Assembly (NCBI GenBank): GCA_000708835.1
Contig: DF237749.1
Coordinates: 1-32,457 of the forward strand
DNA: 32,457 nt
Direction: 5' to 3'
Origin: Klebsormidium nitens
Taxonomy: Eukaryota; Plantae; Klebsormidiophyceae
The notes under the pieces are model-generated. The model made no database searches and was not told the DNA's origin. It worked only from the letters and a program-made list of their open reading frames with translations. Positions 22,716-32,457 of the stretch are shown here, one piece after another (position 1 is the first letter of the stretch; every line of letters starts with the position of its first letter). A program made the position numbers and the translations under genes.

Positions 22716-23588
22716 CTTGCTTAAATGCATTCTTGTTGGCAGCAATCTAGGTGTTTGTTCGTATCTAGACACCTAACTCTCCAGGCTTTACTTAAGTGAA
22801 GCTTTTCCTGCTTAGTACTACCCGAACCGGCATCTATAGCAAGAGCACAGGGGTCAGCCCCGAAGAAAAATGAGAGCGCTCTTCTCTGCAGAAAGCAATT
22901 CTGTAGACTATCTGAATTCTGTCAGTGTAGACTCTCTGAGTCTCAAGCAGATAAGGTTGCGGTCGCCAGGCGCGCGCGCGGCCGGCCTCGCGTTGGAGGT
23001 TTGAAGGTTTGGCCGCCAGTACGCCCGCACGTCAAGATCGACACTGCGGCGGCATGCGCGCGATAGAACACTCAGTCCAATCTCTGCTGATCATTGCCAT
23101 GCAATGCTCAATTTGACATCTTGAAGAATGTTTCGGTTTCATCTATGCGCCATGACAGCAAAAGGGGTGCAAAACGATTATAGTTGTGCGGAAAATCCTA
23201 TTGCTCATAAGGAGGGACAACGAACAAGTTTGATTTCAAGGGACAACCTCCCTCAGAGCGCTGGGCTGGCTGACGATATCTTTTCAGCTGACCGCCGTAC
23301 TAGCTACTCAAAAGCCCAAGGCAGAAGCTTTCGTCCGGCACCGGAAAGTTTACAATCATTCCAATCCTGTAGTAGTAGACCGACGAGTAGGTAATTACAG
23401 GATCGCATGCCGGCACCCACTCCCCATGATGCATGATAACCAGCCTGATGGCCGACTTCTCCGCCTCGCGAAATGATATTTATCTCAACAAAGCCTTAAT
23501 TTCGAAAGGGAAGCCCGACTCCGCCGCAATCAGCAACATGTGAAGCAGGGAAATTCGTGAAATATAAATGCTCGCGTGATCAAGGTCG

Positions 23589-26500
23589 TCAGCTGAAGCT
23601 GGTGGACCAGCCATGCGCGTCGTGCGTGAACGCGGCCAGGTATGTCCGGACTGCCGCCTGCTGCTCTGCGGACGGTTTGGACGGATAGTACAGCCCCGAC
23701 TTTATGAGCTTCTTCTGCGTGTCTGACAAGTGCTGCGGGAACAGAATGCTGAACTCCACCCGCAAGTCCCCGACCGTGGCCTCGCTGTCGATGTCTGGGA
23801 TCGGCATGCCCTCCTTCTTTATGCGTTTGCAGTGGCCGGGCCTGCAGAACCGAGAACGCCGTTCGGAAACGAATGTGGATGGCCGGAAAGAGGTAATCAT
23901 CAAGACAGGCCGTCATGGTGACGGGGCGCGTTGATAGTTTCTGAAATCTCATCGATGGCGCAAACGAGCTTGCACATGCCAGGGCGTGTCTGCGCCTTTC
24001 TCTTTGACTTAGATTCTAGAAGTCGCAGAAATAACCTTCTGTTTACAGCACCTCACGACCTGAGCCCTTTGATGTAATCTCTAACCCAAAGGGTTAAGCA
24101 CTCACTTGATAACCTCTGGTACGTGGCATTTGAGCGTCCTTCCGTCCAAGGTTTTCTGCGAGCATAAACACGTCGGCGCTTCATTCTCAAGCGGAGCTTT
24201 TAGGAAGCTGCTGATTCCTTGTCGAATCGAATCTCAGGAGATTTTGAAGCCGTTTCTCATTACATAACATCCATTGCACGCTCCGAGGTCAAACAAGCGG
24301 ACTTGAAATGGTACTGTCATCTGTGGCCCTGGACCTCACCTCTAACACTGGTCCAGAAATAGCAGCAACTCTGTTAACTACTCAGAAGACTGCCCCGACA
24401 CCAACTTGTTGGCGCAAGCCTGCATGTTCCGCATGGGTAGGACTTTTACTCACCACGTCGACGGTCGTGCCGCTGAGCGCTTGCATGAGGGGGATGAGGG
24501 CCTTGTAGACCAAGTCGTGACCGTCGCGCCGAAGCGTGGGGTGCTTCGCCTCCGTCAGGACGTAAACTGCAGTGGCTGCAACGAAATGCACGGGAAAGTT
24601 GAGCCGTAGTCTGACATTTTTTGACAAAAGAAGGCCGAGTCCAGGAAGCGCTCTTAACAGATCAAAGAGTTTGAGCCCTGGGAGACAAAGGAAGGGAGGC
24701 ACATCGAGGAACACAGAACGGATTGAACGTTCTCTCAAGGCGCGTAGCAAAGGCTTTGCTTACTTGGCAGGAATGTTCTCTGCGGAATTTGCAACAGATT
24801 GCCACTATATTCGCACCGCTGTCACAGAAATTTCGGAACTTAAAATCTGGCATGCCCCGTATAAATTCGTTGAGGACGGCAACACTCAGCATCGCCCACT
24901 TTGTGGTGCGTACGGCCGCGATCTTCTTGACGATCTGCGTCTACCTAGTCTCCCCTTTCAGGAAAGGACAGCTGGACTTGTGCTCCTTACCTGGTTCAGC
25001 GTCCGGTACTTCGTCGCCTTGCTTGGGGAAGGCGAACTTGGTCCCACTTTTTGTGCCGGGTTTGACGATAATCGTCAGATTGACGAACCGCTCCTCGACG
25101 CTGCCGTCAGCTTTCCTGATCTGCAATTAATACGAAGCCGCTGTGATAACCTCATCTCGACAGCTCATTTTCATTACGTTCGTTTGAGATTGCGGGAGAC
25201 GCCTAGGAAGGGTGACAGTAAGCCAATGGACAATAAGGAGAGCGAATGTGAACTTTCATGATGCACCTCTTTACAATCTTTTGACGCACGAGAACCCAGA
25301 TCAAGACGCTTCAAACCCTCGAAGCTTTTCGATGCACGACATCACAGGTCTAAGTCCACCTTTTGGAAGTGCCAAAGCTCACCTCTCTCCTGTGCCGGAC
25401 CGTCTTCTTGCACCCGGCAAAGATCTCCTCGAGCGTGCACTCGAGCGGCCGCGCCTGTTCCGCGCTGCTGGGTCGCGGCCCAGCCGCAACCGCCAGCTTG
25501 GAAAACTTGTGGCCCAAATCGGTGAGAGCCTGGAACGGATTGCTGGTCCCGAAGAAGGTGGAGAAGATCTGGTCCGCGCGGGAGTCGGACCAAGAATAGG
25601 GCGGGCCTTGCAACTCTGCAAAAGGACGAAAGGTTCGGTAGGATGTCCTCGCTTTCCTTAATTTCGTTGGCAATGAAAGTCTGTCGGAAGAGGAGCTTTC
25701 TGCGAGTGGAGGGGGAATGGACAGCTCCACGAAAGCTCTCGCATGTCGGAGCCCTCCCAATAGAATTCCAAATCAAAACACGATATCTACATGTGCACAA
25801 CCCAAAAGAAGATACTGAAAGCTCTGCCGCACACAAAGCCTGCTGTCTGCTTGAAGCCTTTGGTTCATGTATCCGGAGATTGCACTATTCAAAGTCTTTC
25901 AGGACCGTTTACATGCATCAGCGCAGAGTAGGCGGCATTATGTTCTCCTCACCTGCATCGCTCTCCGGCACCCCGCTTTTCAGGCCCCTTTCTCCATACT
26001 TGTCATAGATGGCTCTTGTCCTTGCTGCAAAGCGCCATACTTCTCATTAGCATTCGGCAGGTGCAATAAAGTCACAGTCGATCTACTTTGCTGACGCTGA
26101 GACTGGCGCTCATATCGTAGACGCATTTCCGTTGGGATCGTCGCAATGAGTACCAAGCGCTATTTCGCGCACCAGTCTGATATAGTTGGCCACGAAAGAG
26201 AGGTTCTATTTAAAACTCGGTCGTAGGTCTCCGCACAGCCTAAGATTTCATCATAATTTCTCGTATCTCTGAGGAATGTTGATGCCTATTTGGCCATATC
26301 CAGGGTCCTTTATAGATTAAGACTACAAATGGGGATGGGTTAGGAACGCCCTGAAATCCCAGCTTATCTTGTAGTTACTCGCAAGGGCAGGCTGGTTGAA
26401 AGCAAGCAATAGTCTGGATTGACTCAATCTGCATGCTGGAGGGCAGAGCTGCACGATGCACACTCGTCAATGAAGTTTCCGTGATCTTTCAAGTAGGGGG

Positions 26501-27023
26501 GCACAGTGCTGGGAACGAGCTGAATCCCAAACCATTGCTGAGGACTTCATATGCCTCGCATGCTTGCATGTACTTCGAAGCATGCTCCCTGCTCCCCACA
26601 TTCTTGTCAGGGTGATTGGCAAGAGCAAGCCGCCGAAAGCTGCAAAGGAAGGAAAGAAACAGGAGATCAACATTCCGATCGGCAGAGACCTGTGCAAGTA
26701 TGTCAGAGAAAAGCATCACAGCGCCTCTCAGACCTTGGCTCACTTAGCGTGAGTGTAGTATCTGGCCTTCAGATGGTCACGAGCACTAATCTTTCCATTT
26801 GCCTTTTGTAGAGGAGGTCAAAGAAGGCTCAGCCTGCGTCTTTCCGAGGTCTTCAGCTAGGAGCCTTGAGACATTTCTCTTTGCTATTGGTGCATTCTGA
26901 AGCTCAAGAATCGTGGATCTATGATTGGGCCTTTAGCGGTCTGTTTGTGATAGGGACTTACGAGTCCTTAATGTCGTCCTTCGAACAGGCTTTGGTCAAG
27001 CCCAGGGCCCTGTAGTAATCCAT
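23589..27023 (-). CDS. Class B Hsp40/DnaJ, radial spoke protein 16 (RSP16)/DNAJB13-like, 8 exons
   Basis: Exons 27023-26962, 26639-26533, 26024-25953, 25615-25383, 25120-24991, 24575-24454, 24155-24106, 23841-23589. J domain MDYYRALGL...HPDKN...CEAYEVLS...YDKYGERGLK, then FFGTSNPF, LECTLEEIFAGC, RDGHDLVY and EGMP; no zinc finger. The tail (YLAAFTHDAHGWST) resembles my recollection of Chlamydomonas RSP16. Confidence 0.88.
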
Positions 27024-28449
27024 GAGCTCAAACTCTTTCCTTCTTCTCCCTTAATTCCAGCTTCAATCCTCTTATGCGTTGCAGCTTTGCTTGGGGTCAG
27101 AACGATAGACCAGCTGCTCGCGCAAATGCGCAACAACGTCAGAGCAGGCTAGTGAACTCCACTTGCTCCTCAATGCACGTGGCACTATTCCAATTCGCAA
27201 GGTTCAGGTCGATCAGCTAAGGTCGAGATCCCAGCACCTGCCTTGCAGCTGCGCATCTTCAGCCAGCTGTCAGGGGGCTATCAATGCCATCAGCAGACCT
27301 CCTTTCAGTTTTGAATAGAAACCCTTGGGAAGAAGAGCTGTGCGCATCATAGACATGATAATAGCCGGGCGTTACTCGTGCAGATCCCTAGCTCATTTTG
27401 GAGTGGAGGTGCTGAGACTCATTGTCCGTACGCGTGCCTTGGCCGGCTTCAGAAACGCTGACGTTGCTTTGACTCCGAGCTTCCGAGCTTCAAATCCGGT
27501 ATCAGATCAGCTTCACAGCTTCCGCAAATGTGCAATCCACAGACTACCTACTGTAAGTACCTAAGCTCCATTCCAATTCGGTAATCTGCAGGCGCCAGCA
27601 GCGGCCAATCATAAGTGGCAAAGGCCAGCTAAGCTGGCTGTGGCTTAGCTTAGGAAGGCCCAGGCCCAGCTAGGGCCGGGCTCACGGTGCATTTCGAAGG
27701 CTCACAATCCTGTGACCGAATTCCGCAACTATGTTTCGCGCGAGCATCCTGACTTGGTAGTTCGTCGCCGAGCCGCCGATGCTTTCATTGTCTGCGAACG
27801 GACGGTCAGATGTGCTTCAAAGTCGGCTGTTAAACCCGGCCCGGCCGGGAGCTACCGCGCGCGGCCGCCCGCTTCACGGTCACTGGTGCAGTTGACGCGA
27901 TGACCAAATGCCGCGGAATTGGCCTCGGACGTCCTCTACGTCCAGAGGATCCGCCGATCGCTGGAACTAGAAACCATACGCGCTCAGACCGTCCGTCTTC
28001 GACCCGTCAGACTCTCAGACCGTCATATGTCAGTCTTGTCAGTCTGTCACGTCTAGAAGTGGGCGTCGAACGCCCAAGTCTAGCACAGAGTGCGCTAGTT
28101 GAGTCAGCTCAGTGCTCAGTCTGAGGCGTAGCAGTCACTGCCAGTAGAACTTTCTTGAATGCAGCACTTCAGTTGCCAGAACACAAAGCGCCGCGGCTCT
28201 AATGCAACGCGGGCCACATGACTCGCCGGCGCTACCCCGGCGCTACATATCGTTGCCAGCCCGGCCCAAGCGCGTTGCCGTTGACATGATATGCCAATTC
28301 GCACCCGGATCCTGCGCAGGAGACACCTATGATTGACGGGATCACTTCAACAGCGTCCTGAACAGGTTAGTGCAAGCGTCTGAGAATCCTGGTCTCAGAC
28401 TGAGTCCTGGTCACACGATATAAAGGGAATGGCAGGCAGGGGGTTTCGT

Positions 28450-28704
28450 GGACCACACATTGACAATTCTTCTTAAGACCAGAGCCTGGAACCATGTACA
28501 AGGTGTGGTCCCAGGTAGGCGCCATCAACTATAAACATCTTCACAAAACGGGTGGAATGGCCGTCTCAGCTGGGACCACACGTTGACAATTCTTCTTTAG
28601 ATCAGAGCCTGGAACCATGTACAAGGTGCCAGTGGTCCCATGCGCCATCAACTACAACATCTTCCGGATTTTGGGTGGGATGGCCGTCTCAGATGGGACC
28701 ACAC
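28450..28704. repeat. Left array: ~123-bp direct repeats, each with inverted arms GGGACCACAC...GTGTGGTCCC
   Basis: Left arms at 28450, 28572 and 28695; right arms at 28503 and 28632. Linker gcgccatcaacta...atggccgtctcag. Confidence 0.9.
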
Positions 28705-28901
28705 CACGTCGATAATTATTAAAACCAAGCTTCAAAGTCATCTACTCCTGGTCTGCGCGCAGATTGTTCCAAAACTTCTCACAAGTTCGACTGTCCTGCA
28801 GAACGTGGGGGCTCCCTCTGGCGGCCCGCGTCTTGATGCCAATCTCCCTTCTGCTGGTCACTGCCAGTGCACAATCTACGGTGAGTAGTAGCCTCAGCCT
28901 T

Positions 28902-29348
28902 CTACCGGGCCATGCTGACGATAATGCGGTTGCTCTCGACGGTGATCGAAACCCTGTCGCCCCGACCAGCCCCCTTCCACTTGACGGTCCCGGATAGCTC
29001 CACGCCCCAAACGGCAAAACAGTGCGAGATGAGGTACTCTAACCAGCTCACGTAGTTGTAGAACTTCTCCCCCTTGTCCCACATGAGAGCGCGCTTGTTG
29101 GGTGAGAGCGTCCACTGGCAGTAGAAGGAGGGAAACTTCTCCGAGAGGTAGTCGAACCCCTCGCCGACGTACAGGGGCTTGATTACATCCCGCTCGATTG
29201 TGACCGGCTGCTCTTCGACAGCGGGATAAGGTAGCTCCAGGTCGTCCTGGTGGCGATGGTCGTGCACTGCTTCCAAGATTGCGCTCTCCTTGGCGGTCAG
29301 GGGTCTGGAAAGGGCAAAGCGGCCCATGAACTTGGTGTCGTAGCCCAT
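28902..29348 (-). CDS. Intronless 148-aa hypothetical protein resembling an uncharacterised phage/bacterial family
   Basis: Clean ATG-TAG ORF with GC3-rich codons. Motifs MGYDTKFMGRFALSRPLT, YCQWTLS, WDKGEKFYNYVSWLEYLI and WGVELSGTVKWKG match a pattern I recall from phage/bacterial hypothetical proteins (MGYxTxFxGxF...WDGGEKFYxYxxWLxYLI). Not verified by search. Confidence 0.75.
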   Translation of the reverse strand: MGYDTKFMGRFALSRPLTAKESAILEAVHDHRHQDDLELPYPAVEEQPVTIERDVIKPLYVGEGFDYLSEKFPSFYCQWTLSPNKRALMWDKGEKFYNYVSWLEYLISHCFAVWGVELSGTVKWKGAGRGDRVSITVESNRIIVSMAR

Positions 29349-29572
29349 GGTTATGAAGCCCTTATGGCGCCGAGACCTTTCCCTAAGTTAGTGTGGATCG
29401 AGCGAGGCCTGAAACTTCGTGGTCCTTGGAACCATGCAGGAGGTCGCGAGTCGGAAGAGGATCGCCTCGAGTAGGAAGAGCTCAACGGCACCCACGGTAT
29501 CAGGTACTCTTGAAAGCTTGTCAACTGAGGTGAGTTGCAATCATTACCCATAGAGCCTGTACATGTGCTGCA

Positions 29573-29770
29573 GATGGCCGTCTCAGATGGGACCACACCT
29601 TGTCATTAGTATTAAGCACCAAGACCAGGGTTACCTACAAAGTGTGGACCCAGGCGCCATCAACTACAACATCCTCAGAATTTTGGAAGGGATGGCCGTC
29701 TCAGAGGGGACCACACCTTGTCATTGATTCTTTAGAACAGAGTGGAGAGCTTCATGCAAAGTGTGGTCCC
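29573..29770. repeat. Right array: two further copies of the ~118-bp palindrome-armed repeat, same orientation
   Basis: gatggccgtctcag at 29573 and 29691; gggaccacac at 29589 and 29707; gtgtggaccc at 29642 and gtgtggtccc at 29761. Confidence 0.9.
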
Positions 29771-29944
29771 AAGTCTCAACGGCGTGCGTCTGCTTCCTTG
29801 ATGCCATCTTCGAGAGGACGCACGCTTAGAAACTTGCGCCTTTGTGAATGTGCAGATCTCCACAAACTCAGGTGAACTCTAGAGAGGGACACTTAGAGAC
29901 TTATGATCCTTCAGCTGAAGTAGCTTTGGTCCTGTGCAGCGGTC

Positions 29945-32208
29945 ATGGAACATCGGCGGTCACCTTCTCGAGTAGCCATCGTTGCAAGCGCCGTACCCCA
30001 CGAGACACGAAGCAACGTGACCGTGCTGCGTCACACGCAGCCTTCTCTGTGCTCCTCGCTTCACCAGACCGTTCGAGATGGCAAGAGCATTCGAGCTTGG
30101 AGCTTGGTTTCCACGGTGGCTGCCCCGGAACTCTCCTTCGAAGATCTGGCCACCGTCCCAGCCGCCCTGCCGCCTCCCCCTCGAGAGACCGTTCGTGGGA
30201 GAAGGAGCGCCGTCGCCCATGACGATGAATTCCGCTTCGACTACGGCTACGCTTTTTGCCTGCACCGGCAGAATGCCTTCACGAAGTCGGGCTTTCCTGT
30301 CATCTGCGACGGGGTGATCTGCCGGGGCAAAACGGAGGTCTACTCTAGGAAGACTCCGCCATTCATTTGGTCGCGGGACAGGAGCAGAGGAGGGGCTCTC
30401 ATCTGCCCTGGCAAACCGGGCAGTCGCTCGCATCTCTACTGCTTGAGATGTGCCAAGACCCAGTATGAAGCGGGCAACACGTTGGTGGATCAATCGGACG
30501 GAACGCCCGTAAGCTGGGAAGGGCTCTTCACCAAATGCACGGTCTTTCCAGACGCGGAAGTCGTTCGACAAAGCAGTACCGATGCGCTGCAAACCGAACG
30601 GGAGGTGCCGGAAGGGTCTGAGGCGGGGTTTGACTTTTGGGTGCAACATCGGGGCTTCCTCTGCTGGCGTTGCTCGGGGCGAGGGCTCCAGGTAGCGAAG
30701 CGGACTTCAGGCGCAAAGCGGCCTCTCATTTTGGAGGGAGCCAACTCCAGTGCTGGGGTGAAGCGGGCATGGGGGACGGTCCTTGCTTCTGCCATAAAGG
30801 CACCGGAAAAGCCAAAGGTACGGATAACCACATTACCCTTTACGATTCACGTGGCAGCCGTGTTGCAACTTCGCCGTTCAATTTGCCCGGCTCTGGCTTC
30901 TATGAGCACTGATGTTCTGTAACCAAGCTCTTGAGGTGTACAGAAAGACGAAGTTCGTTAGGATTGATTGCATGACTGATTCCCCTCCCCCCCCATAATC
31001 GTGCAGGTGGATAGACTACTGGAGCGGCTTCAGCAAGGCGTCCTGCTGCCTACGGCAATCACGACGGGCCTCTTTGTGCTGCCCAGCACGACAAAAGACG
31101 GAGATCCTCTAGAGATTGCCATCGATCGCAAGGGGGCCCTCATCAACCTGCCGAGGCTCGTGGCTATCGACCATACCGGTTCCTTTAGGTGCCAGTGCGG
31201 CGCAAAGACGTGCAAAGAGCAGGGACTCTCCTTTCTCGCAGAGGTTCAGGAACCGGCGAGCTGGTGGGGGCCGCTTCTGGACGGGCCCGGGGCTTATGTG
31301 GGGCCGTACCTGAACGAACGGGTCGTTGGGCGGGCTTTCGAGGTGACGGCCGGCGAAAGGGCTGGAAGGATTCCGTTGTCGGGGGGGCAGCTGGGAGCGA
31401 GGCTTCTCGGTGCCGATGCAGCGGCTTGGCGGGGGCCCTGCCTCAGAACGGTCGTCGCCGTGACGGAAACAGGGCCCGCGATCTGCATTCTCAGGGAGGA
31501 ATCCGGGGCTTGGGTGTGCGACGCCTGCGGAAGGGATCAAATGTGCGGTCATGTGCGCGCTGCAGCCCAGTTGATTGGCAACGGCTTGGAGGAGCAGAAG
31601 CCAACGATTCTGGAAGCGCATGTTAAACCGGAGGCGTTTGAGGAGCTTCATAGTTGCCGGAGGGAGCGTGTCTCTCAACGGGTCTCTCAACTCAAGAGTG
31701 GCGTGTCAAAGTCTGCAATGACCCCTTCTGTCGGGGACCGGCGGCTTCAGCAGATTTGCCCTGCACACACCGCGACTCACTCGAGGACTGGGAGTGTCCA
31801 CCGGCAAACGCTCTCGACTTGGGCCACTCGCACAAACCCGTTGATACGGTGCTGGCCCACGGTGGGAGACAATTGGTTGACCCCTGCGGTGCATGGGGCG
31901 ACCTCGGTTTCAAACATCCCAGCGATCAGGGGCTGTTCTGCGCGCCGAGGCCGGTCTCTCGATTGGCGCCATGCGGGAGGCCGTGGGTCCTCGACAGCCG
32001 GCAGGGGACCGTCACGACGGCCGAAGGGAGCCATTCGGTTGTCGTGCACAGACGAGTGTGCCAGAGCGCCGCAAGAGTGGCCTCGTGCTGCTCGCTGTCA
32101 TACGACGGCCTCGAGCACGGGATCTTCAACTTCTCAGGAGCGAACCTAATCTCGCACAAGCTCCTGCTGGCCAACCACTTTGCCAACGCTCTCGGCGTCA
32201 CGCACCAG
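29945..32208 (+). mobile_element. SWIM/CxC cysteine-cluster gene typical of KDZ (Kyakuja-Dileera-Zisupton) transposon proteins; 5' part only, continues beyond the window
   Basis: ORF 29945-30817 splices (AAG|gt...cag|GTG) to 31007. SWIM-like WVCDACGRDQMCGHV. A downstream frame (31654-32208) encodes CNDPFC...PCGRPW...C...SYDGLEHGIFNFSGANLISHKLL, resembling CxC4-type domains; donor at 32209. The catalytic transposase domain is not in the window, and the start codon is uncertain. Confidence 0.6.
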
Positions 32209-32381
32209 GTTAGCTTTGAGGGGCTCCGGATGGCCTCGGCGTCCATCGACGGTCCCGGAGCCTCCTTCAGGTTGGACGTGTTAGAATTCGGTTAGGAATT
32301 CGGTCAATCGAATTACTCTATGGTTAGTGAATCGACGGTCACACTGCACTTGAGGGAACGGCTAAGATCTGATCAGGATAA

Positions 32382-32442
32382 GTTGACTGTGCAAGGAAAG
32401 CTGACTGTGCTAGGAAAGCTGACTGTGCAAGGAAAGCTGACT
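32382..32442. repeat. 18-bp tandem repeat (gctgactgtgcaaggaaa) x3.4
   Basis: Read directly from the sequence; probably intronic. Confidence 0.95.
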
Positions 32443-32457
32443 AGGCTCAGTCTGTAA

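Noticed and set aside
27560-28130. Short palindromes and degenerate TCAG repeats upstream of the DnaJ gene
   Set aside because: Stems are 7 bp or less and low-complexity; no defined element or RNA gene could be supported.
28460-28490. TTGACA as a bacterial -35 box in the repeat units
   Set aside because: No -10 hexamer at 16-18 bp spacing, and the motif is TTGTCA in the right-hand copies.
28450-29770. CRISPR-like array interpretation
   Set aside because: Sequences between the conserved arms are homologous to each other, not unique spacers; the period is ~120 bp; there are no cas genes; the context is eukaryotic.

Overview
Eukaryotic nuclear DNA with GT-AG introns and GC-rich exons. A plastid-targeted RF2 plus a flagellar radial-spoke-type Hsp40 suggest a streptophyte green alga such as Klebsormidium (inference). 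Exon models were built by hand from splice signals and frame continuity. Genes: plastid PrfB1 (+, 184-4992, assembly gap in intron 1); a RING/TRAF-zinc-finger protein with a polytopic membrane C-terminus (-, 5628-12609), whose introns hold tandem copies of its own splice junctions; ELP2 (+, 13872-18946, with a TA-flanked MITE in intron 2); a predicted single-pass protein of signal peptide, SARAF-like six-Cys ectodomain, TM helix and cytosolic trypsin-fold protease with Cys at the nucleophile position (-, 20534-22715); and an RSP16/DNAJB13-like Hsp40 (-, 23589-27023). The right end has an intronless phage/bacterial-looking ORF between two arrays of ~120-bp palindrome-armed repeats, next to a SWIM/CxC (KDZ-transposon-type) gene that runs off the window. 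The most interesting candidates are the receptor-like protease and the repeat-flanked gene cassette. No database searches were possible; family assignments rest on recalled motifs.
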